Shown here in pieces: positions 18,701 through 27,294 of a stretch of 64,000 nucleotides of DNA. The translations under genes were made by a program, and so were the position numbers. The stretch spans positions 157,221 to 221,220 of the forward strand of contig CAWHFZ010000010.1 of assembly GCA_963828745.1 (NCBI GenBank), given 5' to 3'. Source of the stretch: Vicinamibacteria bacterium. Its GTDB lineage: Bacteria; Acidobacteriota; Vicinamibacteria; Vicinamibacterales; JAENWD01. The notes beneath the pieces were generated by a model. It did no database searches and had not been told where the DNA came from. It was given only the letters and a program-made list of their open reading frames with translations. The stretch's first letter is position 1. Each line of letters starts with the position of its first letter.

Positions 18701-19522
18701 CTACCAGTTCGTCTCTGTCCTCTTCGGCAACAGCCATCGCAATGCGGGTTCGAAACGGCGCGCCCACGCCGCTTCGTTGTGCTGGCCGCCGCGTTCCTCG
18801 ACGTACCTGATCTGCCGTCGTGGATGGATCGCCTGACGCCGGAGCAGGCGGACCATCTCACGGACCTGGCGAACGTGGCCGCGTCCTTCGAGTGTGCCGG
18901 TATCGAGATACAGGCGAGCGTCCCATTGCCCGACTGCGCTCACGACGCCGAAGATCGCTCCGCGCGCGAACCACAGCGACGGGCTCATTGCACCCGCGAA
19001 ACCGAAGGTGTCGGGACGGCGGAGCAACGCGTACAGGCTGATCAGTCCGCCCATCGAGGAGCCCATGATCCCGGTCATCGCACGCTCGCGCTGGGTCCGG
19101 AACTCGGCGTCGATGCGCGGCTTCAACGTGTCGATCAGAAACGATACGTAGTCGTCGCCACGCCCGCCGCCGATGCGTTCGTCGCGGAACGGGCTGTATT
19201 CGTCGGCGCGAAGCTTGCCGCTGTTGGGGATGGCGACCACGATCGCCTCGAGACCCTCGCGCGATACGCGCTCCATCGTCTCGTCGACGAGCCATTCGCC
19301 CGCGAACGAGGTCGTGGGATCGAAGAGGTTCTGCCCGTCCTGCATGTAGAGCACGGGATAGTGGCGCCCGCTCGATCCATACGACGGGGGCAGGTAGACA
19401 AGCACGTCACGCTGGGTGCCGAGTTGCGGGCTCTCGACGCCCTCGAGCCGCCGTATGTTGCCGACGACATTCCCCTGCACCTCGCGTCCCGGCGCCCTCG
19501 TCGTACATCGCGTTGGTTCCAC
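18701..19522 (-). CDS. esterase family protein (esterase D / enterochelin-esterase-like alpha/beta hydrolase)
   Basis: 273 aa. Motifs VLVYLPPSY..HYPVLYMQDGQNLFD, DEYSPF and the nucleophile elbow GIMGSSMGGLISL. Confidence 0.8.
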   Translation of the reverse strand: MEPTRCTTRAPGREVQGNVVGNIRRLEGVESPQLGTQRDVLVYLPPSYGSSGRHYPVLYMQDGQNLFDPTTSFAGEWLVDETMERVSREGLEAIVVAIPNSGKLRADEYSPFRDERIGGGRGDDYVSFLIDTLKPRIDAEFRTQRERAMTGIMGSSMGGLISLYALLRRPDTFGFAGAMSPSLWFARGAIFGVVSAVGQWDARLYLDTGTLEGRGHVRQVREMVRLLRRQAIHPRRQIRYVEERGGQHNEAAWARRFEPALRWLLPKRTETNW

Positions 19523-19591
19523 AGTATCATTGACGTGGCCCGCCGCTGTTCGCGGGCGGTCGTGCTGCGGACGCGGCGAGGTCTTTCACTG

Positions 19592-20701
19592 ATGGCGCAT
19601 CGGTTCACCATCGGCGTCGAGGAAGAATTTCAGATTGTCGATCCCCAGACGTGGGAGCTCCGTTCGCACGTCTCGGAGCTGCTTGCGGCCGGCTCGCGGT
19701 CGCTCGGCGAGCAGATGAAGCGCGAGATGCACCAGTCGATCGTCGAGGTCGGCACGACGATCTGTGAGGACGTGCCGCGCCTGCATCACGAGATGTTGAA
19801 AATCCGGACCGAGCTGTGCGCGGCGGCGGATCGCGCCGGTCTGGCCGTGGCCGCGTCAGGCACGCATCCGTTCTCGAACTGGATCGACCAGGTCATCTCG
19901 CCGGGCGAGCGCTACGAGAACATCGTCGAGGAACTGCAGCAGCTGGCGCGGTCGCTGCTGATCTTCGGTCTGCACGTGCACGTCGCCGTCCCGGATCGCA
20001 CGACGGCTATCGACATCATGAACGCGGCGCGCTACTTCCTGCCGCATCTGCTCGCGCTGTCGACCAGCTCGCCGTTCTGGATGGGCCGCGACACCGGCCT
20101 GAAGTCGTATCGCACGACGATCTTCCGGCGCTTTCCACGCACCGGCGTGCCCGATCACTTCGGGTCGTGGAGCGAGTACGAGAACTACGTCAACCTGCTG
20201 ATCGATCTGCACTGCATCGACGACGGTAAGAAGATCTGGTGGGACATCCGTCCGCACCCGACATTCGGGACGCTGGAGTTCCGCGTGTGCGATGTCCCGA
20301 CCCGCGTCGAAGAAACGGTCGCGATCGCCGCGCTCGTGCAGGCGATCGTCGTCAAGCTGTACAAGCTGTATCGACAGAACATGGGGTTCCGCCTGTATCG
20401 GCGGGCGCTGATCGAGGAAAACAAGTGGCGGGCCGCGCGCTGGGGACTCGACGGGCAGCTGATCGACTTCGGCAAGAAGTCGGAAGTCCCGATGCGCGAT
20501 CTGGCGCTCGAACTCGTGTCGTTCGTCGACGACGTGGTCGACGAGCTCGGCAGTCGCGAGCACGTGAACTACGTCCACACCATTCTGAAGGACGGCACGA
20601 GTGCGGATCGGCAGTTGAAGGTGTATCGCGAGACCGGTGATCTGACGAGCGTCGTGCAGCACGTCGTGCACGAAACGCGTCCCGCGACGATGCGCGTCTA
20701 A
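19592..20701 (+). CDS. carboxylate-amine ligase, glutamate-cysteine ligase family 2 (YbdK/GCS2-like)
   Basis: The real start is the ATG at 19592 (MAHRFTIGVEEEFQIVD). The upstream 323 codons of ORF 18623-20701 lie antisense to the esterase. Also LHVHVAVPD and TLEFRVCD. Confidence 0.85.
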   Translation: MAHRFTIGVEEEFQIVDPQTWELRSHVSELLAAGSRSLGEQMKREMHQSIVEVGTTICEDVPRLHHEMLKIRTELCAAADRAGLAVAASGTHPFSNWIDQVISPGERYENIVEELQQLARSLLIFGLHVHVAVPDRTTAIDIMNAARYFLPHLLALSTSSPFWMGRDTGLKSYRTTIFRRFPRTGVPDHFGSWSEYENYVNLLIDLHCIDDGKKIWWDIRPHPTFGTLEFRVCDVPTRVEETVAIAALVQAIVVKLYKLYRQNMGFRLYRRALIEENKWRAARWGLDGQLIDFGKKSEVPMRDLALELVSFVDDVVDELGSREHVNYVHTILKDGTSADRQLKVYRETGDLTSVVQHVVHETRPATMRV

Positions 20702-20703
20702 AT

Positions 20704-20772
20704 GGGGTCGGGATAAATTTCAATTTTTGCCACGTCCTCGGTACGGCAAAAATTGAAATTTATCCCGACCCC
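20704..20772. repeat. perfect 28-bp inverted repeat with 13-nt loop, AT-rich core
   Basis: GGGGTCGGGATAAATTTCAATTTTTGCC (20704-20731), loop acgtcctcggtac, GGCAAAAATTGAAATTTATCCCGACCCC (20745-20772). It starts 2 nt after the GCS2 stop and ends 19 nt before the ATP-grasp ATG. Confidence 0.9.
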
Positions 20773-20791
20773 GAGATATCGAGCGGTATTT

Positions 20792-21702
20792 ATGGCCAAG
20801 AAAAAGACGGATGCGCCGATGATCGTCGGCCTGCTCTGCGGGCGCGAGTTTTCGTTTCCTCCGGCGTTCATCGCCGCGGTCAACGAGCTGGGGAAGCCGC
20901 ACGGCGTGACCGCCGAGATGGCGAAGCTCGGGGGCACGAAGATGGGCGAGCCCGCGCGCTACCGGGTAATCGTCGATCGCATTTCCCACGAGGTCGAGTA
21001 CTACCGCGCCTACCTGAAACACGCGGTGCTGCAAGGCACGTACGTCATCAACAACCCGTTCTGGTGGACCGCTGACGACAAGTTCTTCAACTACGCCGTC
21101 GCCAGCAGACTGGGCGTCGCGATCCCGAAAACGATCGTGCTGCCGCAGAAGGACTATCCCGCCGACGTCGACCTGACGCCGGAGTCGCTGCGCAATCTGG
21201 AGTATCCCGATCGACTGGGACGCGTTGCTCGACTACGTCGGCCGGCCCGCGATTCTGAAGCCGTTCTCCGGCGGCGGCTGGAAGCACGTCTACAAGGTGA
21301 ACGATCGTCACGAGCTCCTGGCCGCCTACGATCGCACAGCGCCGTACTGCATGACGCTGCAGGAATTCATCGACTTCGATCAGTACGTCCGCTGCTTCAC
21401 CTTCGGCAAGACCGACATCGTGCCCGTCCACTACGATCCGCGCGAGCGCCGATACATCGTCGATCACGCCTATCTCTCGTCCGAGCTCGGCTGAGCGCGT
21501 CGTCAAGGACGCGCAGACGATCAACCAGGCGCTCGGCTACGAGATGAACACGATCGAGTTCGCGGTGCAGGACGGCGTGCCGTACGCGATCGACTTCCTG
21601 AACCCGGCGCCCGATTTCGAGCGCGATCGGATCACGTCGCACTATTTCGGCATGGCCGTCGAGCGGATGGCGAAGCTGGTCATCGACCGTGCGACCTCCT
21701 GA
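20792..21702 (+). pseudogene. ATP-grasp family ligase (RimK/GshB-like), 2 frameshifts (~21207, ~21490)
   Basis: MAKKKTDAPMIVGLL.., then IDWDALLDYVGRPAILKPFSGGGWKHVYKV.., then ERVVKDAQTINQALGYEMNTIEFAVQDGVPYAIDFLNPAPD... Removing one C from the CCC run near 21205 restores LEYPIDWD. Confidence 0.75.
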
Positions 21703-21798
21703 CGACCTCACCAACCCCTGGCCGCGGTGGGAACAGATGGTCGGATTGGGCAAAGCGGCCGGCGTAATCGGGCAGCCGGCGTGAGGAAGTGGCGGCAA

Positions 21799-21836
21799 CG
21801 AAGGACGAAGGACGAGGGACGAAGGACGAAGGACGG
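21799..21836 (+). repeat. tandem heptamer array (GAAGGAC)n
   Basis: cgaaggacgaaggacgagggacgaaggacgaaggacgg. The same unit occurs at 47746-47776. Confidence 0.8.
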
Positions 21837-21847
21837 AAACGCGACAG

Positions 21848-23213
21848 ATGTCCACGGTTAGCGACGCAATCGAACACTGGCACGCCCTGTTGCGGCCGGA
21901 CGTCGAACTGACGGCGGATTTCGCGGCGCGCTTCACCGACGATCTTCGGGCCGAACGGCTGTTCTTCGGCGATCGGATCCATTGCCCGTTCCTGCGTCCG
22001 TTCTTCCTCGACGACGACCAGGTGTCACTGGTACGTCGCGTCAGCGAGTCGATCGCGCGAATGGGCGAGACGGTGGCGCAGGCGGCGCTCGAGCGTCGCG
22101 ACATTCTCGATGCGGTTGCGCTCACCGACGCCGAGCGCGCACTGGTCGCCATCGATCCCGGCTACTCGACTGCGAGCACCGCGTCCCGTCTCGACTCGTT
22201 CATCCTTCCCGATTCGCTGCAGTTCGCCGAATACAACGCCGAGTCACCTGCCGGCCTTGGCTACACCGAGAAGCTGACCGGCTGCTTCGAGCACCTCGAG
22301 CTGCTCGGACGGTTCCGCGAGCGGTTCGAGGCGTCGGCGTTCGCGCTGATGGAGCCGATGCTGCACGCACTGCTGGCCAGCTACCGCGAGTGGGGAGGGA
22401 CTGCCAATCCGCCGACAATCGCGATCGTCGACTGGCGCGAGGTGCCCACCTGGGCCGAATTCCTGATCCTGCAGGCGAAGTTCGAATCGCTCGGCGTGCC
22501 GACGATCGTCTGCACGCCGCCGCAGCTCGAGTTCGATGGGCGTACGCTTCGCGTGGACGGCCGCGTCATCGACCTGGTCTACCGCCGCGTGCTCATCAAC
22601 GACATCCTCGAGAAGCCGGCCGACTGCCGGGCGCTCACGGATGCCTATGCCGCCCGCGCCGTGTGCGTCGCCAACACCTTCCGCTGCAAGATTCCGCACA
22701 AGAAGGCGTTCTTCGCGCTGCTGACGGATGAACGATTTTCGGCCCTGTTCACCGCCGGACGAGCGCGCGATTGCCGCGCGGCACATCCCGTGGACGCGCC
22801 TGGTCAAGGAAGGGACGACGACGCGAAACGGTCAGCAGCTGGATCTCATCCCACATATCAGGAAGGAACGGCGCGATCTGGTGCTGAAGCCGAACGACGA
22901 TTACGGCGGCCACGGCGTGACGCTGGGATGGGAGGCGGACGACAACGCCTGGGACGAGACCCTGACGAAGGCGCTGAGCGGGGAAGACGGTGCGTGGGTG
23001 GTGCAGGAGAAGATTCACGTCCGCCGCGAGCCGTTCCCGCGCTTCACGCCTGGGCAAGGCGCTCACGTCGGCGACATGCTGGTGGACTGCGCGCCGTATC
23101 TGTTTCGCGGGAAGCTGGCGGGCTTCCTGACGCGACTCAGCGCGTCGGGCCTGGCGAATGTGACATCGGGCGGCGGCCAGGTGCCGTCATTCGTCATCCG
23201 CGCACGCACGTGA
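21848..23213 (+). pseudogene. GspS-like / circularly permuted ATP-grasp amidoligase, 1 frameshift (~22745)
   Basis: LQFAEYNAESPAGLGY, IAIVDWREVPTWAEF and CKIPHKKAFFALLTDE, then (ORF 22728 frame) HIPWTRLV..LVLKPNDDYGGHGVTLGWE..WVVQEKIHV..ANVTSGGGQVPSFV. Confidence 0.65.
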
Positions 23214-23228
23214 GAGGCCGACGTCGCG

Positions 23229-24357
23229 ATGCCTTTTGACTGCCAGTTCCGATCGACGCACGGCCAGGACGCGTGCGTCGACCGGTGTCCTACCACCGGC
23301 GCCGATCCGACCTTCGTGTTCGCTCGGATCGAGCAGGCCGCCGACCTGCCGCCGATCGATCCGCACACGATCGACGTCGCGGTCCTCGACATGCATCACG
23401 GATGGCCGAATCTCGGGCATGACGCCATCGGCTACGGCATCCAGAACATCGTCTGCGACATCACTCCCGCGCTCAGGGCCGCGGGACTTCGCGTGCGCGT
23501 GTTGTCCTATGACGTCCGGCGCGGACACCAGATTCCAGAGCCGCCCGGCGATCGCCATCGCATCTACATCGGCACCGGCGGGCCTGGGCATCTCGATCCG
23601 CGCCTGAACGATGGCGTCTCCCCAGGATCGCAGGGCATCAAAGAGGATCCGGCTGGGAGCCGAGGCTGTTCGCCCTCTTCGACGACATTCGGTCGGACGG
23701 CCAGGCCGCGCTGCTCGCCGTCTGTCACACTTTCGGCGTGATGTGTCGCTGGCTGGGTATTGCCGACGTCGTGCTGAGAGGAGACGAGAAAGGCGGCAAG
23801 AGCAGCGGGATCGCCGATAACCTGTTAACCGACGCCGCGCTCGATCACCCATGGTTCAGCGGCCTTGGCCGAGAACTCCCCGGCCGTCGTCGATTGAAAA
23901 TCCTGGACAACCGGCTGTACGACCTTATCCCTCGCGGACCCATCACACCGCCCGTCGTTGCGCTGTCGTGCGAAGCGACAGGTATCGGCGGTGGACCTGG
24001 CGACGCGTTGACGGCGATCGAAGTCGCCCGCGATCCTGAAGGACAGTCATGCCGAGCATCCTCGGCGTCAACCATCATCCGGAGATCGTCAATCGTCCAC
24101 GCCAGCTCACCATCCTGCGCAAGCGGATGGAGCGTGGCGCAGTGACGCCGGAGTGGTACGCGGAGCGGGCCAAGGCGCTCACCGACATCATCGGCGACGA
24201 GCGCGGCGATCAGTTGCTGCATCTCACGTCGAGCTACATGTTCCTGGGACCGCTGCGGTTCCACTTGTACAGGCAGATTCGACTGCGCGCGGAACGCCTC
24301 GGCGTGGCCGTCGACGTGCACGAGCATCGCACGCCGATTCTCGCCAGCTACGCGTAG
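23229..24357 (+). pseudogene. class I glutamine amidotransferase-fold protein (GATase1 / gamma-glutamyl-hydrolase-like), 2 frameshifts (~23650, ~24047)
   Basis: VAVLDMHHGWPNLGHD. Nucleophile elbow ALLAVCHTFGV. His-Glu candidates in ILGVNHHPEIV. The three frame segments abut in order. Confidence 0.65.
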
Positions 24358-24371
24358 CGAGAAATCGGAAT

Positions 24372-24444
24372 GGCGGACCTGAAGGTCCGCCCTACATGTG
24401 TAATCCGATCACATCTGTGGCGGCGGGGCTTTAGCCCGCCGTAG
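24372..24444. repeat. REP-like hairpins (2 copies)
   Basis: GGCGGACC-TGAA-GGTCCGCCCTACA (inverted orientation) and GGCGGGGC-TTTA-GCCCGCCGTAG. Confidence 0.8.
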
Positions 24445-24473
24445 TAATCTGATCCCCCTGTAGAACGGGGCCC

Positions 24474-24887
24474 GTGGCCCCGGCGACTGACGTGCCCGTC
24501 ATTCCCGTTCAACTCGGAACCAGACGCCTTCCGAAAGAGGGCCTTCGCCTGGGTACAGTGCGCCACCTGCCCAGGGGTGTCCGAAAGGATCGCTACGGCG
24601 CCGAAAACTGGTTCGACGTCTGGCTTCCGAATCTCGCGCCCAGCGCCGCGCTCGTGAAAACGGCGAGATCCGCTGTTGGTGACGACAAGGCGTGGAAGCG
24701 GTTCGCGGGGAGATATCGGGCGGAGATGCGTCGCCCCGAAGCGGCGCGCGTGCTGGAGCTCGTCGCCGCCTTGTCGCGCGTGACCAACGTCTCGGTCGGA
24801 TGCTACTGCGAGAATCCGCGCTACTGCCATCGAGCGATCCTGGTCGAGCTGCTCGCCGAGCGCGGAGCCACAGTTCGGAAGAGGTGA
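24474..24887 (+). CDS. DUF488-family protein
   Basis: 137 aa. LPRGVRKDRY, WLPNLAPS and the C-terminal VGCYCENPRYCHRAILVELL motif typical of DUF488. Confidence 0.7.
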   Translation: MAPATDVPVIPVQLGTRRLPKEGLRLGTVRHLPRGVRKDRYGAENWFDVWLPNLAPSAALVKTARSAVGDDKAWKRFAGRYRAEMRRPEAARVLELVAALSRVTNVSVGCYCENPRYCHRAILVELLAERGATVRKR

Positions 24888-24891
24888 GGGA

Positions 24892-25005
24892 CAGGCGGCA
24901 GACTTCAGACTTCAGGCGGCAGGCTTCAGGCTCCAGGCTCCAGGCTTCAGGCTCCAGGCTCCAGGCTTCAGGCTCCAGGCTCCGGCTCGGGCTCCGGGCT
25001 CCGCG
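24892..25005 (+). repeat. tandem heptamer array (CAGGCTY/CAGACTT units)
   Basis: caggcggcagacttcagacttcaggcggcaggcttcaggctccaggctccaggcttcaggctccaggctccaggcttcaggctccaggctccggctcgggctccgggctcc. Confidence 0.8.
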
Positions 25006-25015
25006 CTGATCGTGA

Positions 25016-25089
25016 TGCACCCAGGCACCTGTGCACTACGCACCCGTCGCACCTAACGCACCTGTCGCACCTGTCGCACCTGTCGCACC
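25016..25089 (+). repeat. tandem 9-mer array (CGCACCTGT units)
   Basis: ..gcacctgtgcactacgcacccgtcgcacctaacgcacctgtcgcacctgtcgcacctgtcgcacc. It ends 9 nt before the stop of the minus-strand esterase at 25098. Confidence 0.8.
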
Positions 25090-25097
25090 GACATTCC

Positions 25098-25823
25098 CTA
25101 AACGCCCCTCAAATACCCCCGCATCATGTTTTTCCAATACGGCCAGTCGTGTCCGCCTGCGTCGCCCCAGTCATCGAGATGGTGGCTGATGCCCTTGTAG
25201 CTGAGAGCGCGGGAGAGATCGTAGGAGTGCGAGGGGTGCTCCCACGGACCGTGGCCCGTGGCGATGTGGATATTGGCGCTGCTGATTTGTCCGATCAGGC
25301 CGGGATCCGTCATGCCACCGATGTAGTCCATCGGATTGTTGAAATAGAAGTTGTCGTCGTACTGGCCGTCCATGAACCGGCGCAGGTCGTAGAGTCCCGA
25401 CATCGCGAAGCACCCGCGGACGGCGTCCGGGTGTTTGAACAGCGTATTCGCCGCGTGATATGCCCCGAGCGACGCACCCATCGTCGCGATCGCCACCAGG
25501 CCGCCGCAGTGGTGGTGGATGAACGGGATCACTTCCCATCGGATGTACTCGTCCCATTGGCGCTGCATCCAGCTCCGGTGAAAGGGATGCGCGCCCTTGT
25601 TGTAAAAGCTTTGATCGCCGTTCGATCCGACGGTGAAGAGCTTGATGCGGCCGCCGTCGATGAACTCGGCCAGCGCGTCGACCATGCCCTGGCCTTCCAG
25701 TTCCCACTCGTCGCCACCGCTCGTCGGAAACGCCAGGAGCGGCGTGCCCCAGTGTCCGTAGGCGACGACGCCCATGTCGCGTCCGAGGCGACCCGTATAC
25801 CAGCGCTGATACTCTCTTTGCAC
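25098..25823 (-). CDS. esterase family protein (alpha/beta hydrolase)
   Basis: 241 aa. Motifs GVVAYGHWGTPLLAFPTSGG, IATMGASLGAYHA (nucleophile elbow) and GGHDWPYW. Confidence 0.75.
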   Translation of the reverse strand: MQREYQRWYTGRLGRDMGVVAYGHWGTPLLAFPTSGGDEWELEGQGMVDALAEFIDGGRIKLFTVGSNGDQSFYNKGAHPFHRSWMQRQWDEYIRWEVIPFIHHHCGGLVAIATMGASLGAYHAANTLFKHPDAVRGCFAMSGLYDLRRFMDGQYDDNFYFNNPMDYIGGMTDPGLIGQISSANIHIATGHGPWEHPSHSYDLSRALSYKGISHHLDDWGDAGGHDWPYWKNMMRGYLRGV

Positions 25824-25905
25824 GTCCGCGATTCTATCGCGGTCGTGCTGGCGGGAATGGCGCCAGGTGTTGTTGTATGCTTCCGGTTCTCATTCGCCGC
25901 TCACA

Positions 25906-26068
25906 TGTAGGGCCCGGGCTTCAGCCCCGCCACCCGGCGGACCTGAAGGTCCGCCCTACATATTCGGCTCACGTGTAGGGCTCGGGCGGGGACATGTAGG
26001 GCTAGGCGGGGACATGTAGGGCGGGGCTTCAGCCTCGCCAGGACGGCGGACCTCAGGTCCGCCCTACA
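25906..26068. repeat. REP-like cluster (4 full and 2 partial copies, alternating orientation)
   Basis: TGTAGGGCCCGGGC-TTCA-GCCCCGCC, GGCGGACC-TGAA-GGTCCGCCCTACA, two bare TGTAGGGCT heads, TGTAGGGCGGGGC-TTCA-GCCTCGCC and GGCGGACC-TCA-GGTCCGCCCTACA. Confidence 0.85.
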
Positions 26069-26087
26069 CAGTCGGCGGGGAGGAGTA

Positions 26088-27293
26088 GTGTCGGAACGCG
26101 AGCCGATGACGATCCTGTGCGTTGCCACGTACGAAAAGGGTCAGCAGTTCATTCGTGAATGCAAGCGTCAGGGCTGCACCGTGCTGCTCCTGACGGTGGA
26201 TACCCTGAAGGACGCGGACTGGCCGCGCGAGGCCATCGACGAGACCTTCTACATCCCTCGTGACATCGCCCGCGACAGCTTGCTGAAGGGTGTCAGCCAC
26301 ATCGCGCGCACGCGCGTCCTCGATCGGATCGTCGCGCTCGATGACTTCGACGTCGAAACGGCCGCCCTCCTGCGAGAGCATCTGCGTGTCCCGGGGATGG
26401 GCGAAACCACCGCGCGCTACTTCCGCGACAAGCTCGCGATGCGCGTCCGCGCCAGGAACCAGGGCATCCTCGTGCCCGATTTCGTCGCCGTCGTGAACGA
26501 CGATGCGATCAACCGGTTCGCCGACAACGTCGGACTGCCGTGGATGCTGAAGCCGAGGTCCAACGCCGCGGCGATTGGCATCCACCGGATCGAGAAGCAC
26601 GACGATCTCTGGCCGACGATCGACGGGCTTGGCGATCAGCGCTCGTTCTACGTCCTCGAGCAGTTCGTCGCCGGCGACGTCTTTCACGTCGATTCGCTGG
26701 TCTGGGAGCGCGAGCCGATCTTCCATACGGCGCACCAGTACGGCATGCCGCCGTTCAGCGTCGCTCATCAAGGCGGCATCTTCACGACGCGCACAGTACC
26801 GAAGGCGACGTCAGCCTGGAAGCCGCTCGCCGCCATCAATCGCGAGGTGTTGACGACGTTGAATCTCGCGCGCGGCGTCGCCCACACGGAGTTCATCCGC
26901 AGCGCGGCTGACGGCCGTTGGTACTTCCTCGAGACGTCGGCCCGCGTCGGCGGCGCCTACATCGTGGACGTCGTCGAGGCCTCGACCGGCATCAACCTGT
27001 GGCGCGAGTGGGCAAAGATCGAGATCGCCGGGGAGGATCACCCGTATCATCTGCCCAACGCCCGCGAGCAGTATGCGGGTCTTGCGCTCACGCTGTCGCG
27101 GCAGGAACGGCCCGATACCTCCGCCTACACGGATCCGGAGATCGTGCTGCGCGTGAACAAGAAGCATCATGCGGGCCTGATCGTCCAGTCCCAGGACCCG
27201 AAGCGCATCGATCAGTTGCTCGACAACTACACCGGCCGGTTCCTGCAGGATTTCTACGCTTACGCTCCCGCACCGGAGCGTCCGACGTCCTGA
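26088..27293 (+). CDS. ATP-grasp domain protein (carboxylate-amine ligase type)
   Basis: 401 aa. GTG start preceded by GGGGAGGAG. Motifs WMLKPRSNAAAIGIHRI, FYVLEQFVAGDVFHVDS and HTEFIRSAADGRWYFLETSARVGGAYI. Confidence 0.8.
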   Translation: MSEREPMTILCVATYEKGQQFIRECKRQGCTVLLLTVDTLKDADWPREAIDETFYIPRDIARDSLLKGVSHIARTRVLDRIVALDDFDVETAALLREHLRVPGMGETTARYFRDKLAMRVRARNQGILVPDFVAVVNDDAINRFADNVGLPWMLKPRSNAAAIGIHRIEKHDDLWPTIDGLGDQRSFYVLEQFVAGDVFHVDSLVWEREPIFHTAHQYGMPPFSVAHQGGIFTTRTVPKATSAWKPLAAINREVLTTLNLARGVAHTEFIRSAADGRWYFLETSARVGGAYIVDVVEASTGINLWREWAKIEIAGEDHPYHLPNAREQYAGLALTLSRQERPDTSAYTDPEIVLRVNKKHHAGLIVQSQDPKRIDQLLDNYTGRFLQDFYAYAPAPERPTS

Positions 27294-27294
27294 C

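Noticed and set aside
18623-20701. 692-aa ORF suggesting a very large GCS2 protein
   Set aside because: The first 323 codons are antisense to the esterase gene and read through the 9-mer array. The conserved YbdK-type N-terminus begins at the internal ATG at 19592.
24892-25089. Possible CRISPR array. The same question applies to 5475-5578, 18631-18696, 21799-21836, 47746-47807 and 61557-61694.
   Set aside because: The units are 7-9 nt and directly contiguous, with no unique 25-40 nt spacers. No cas genes are present. These are simple tandem arrays.
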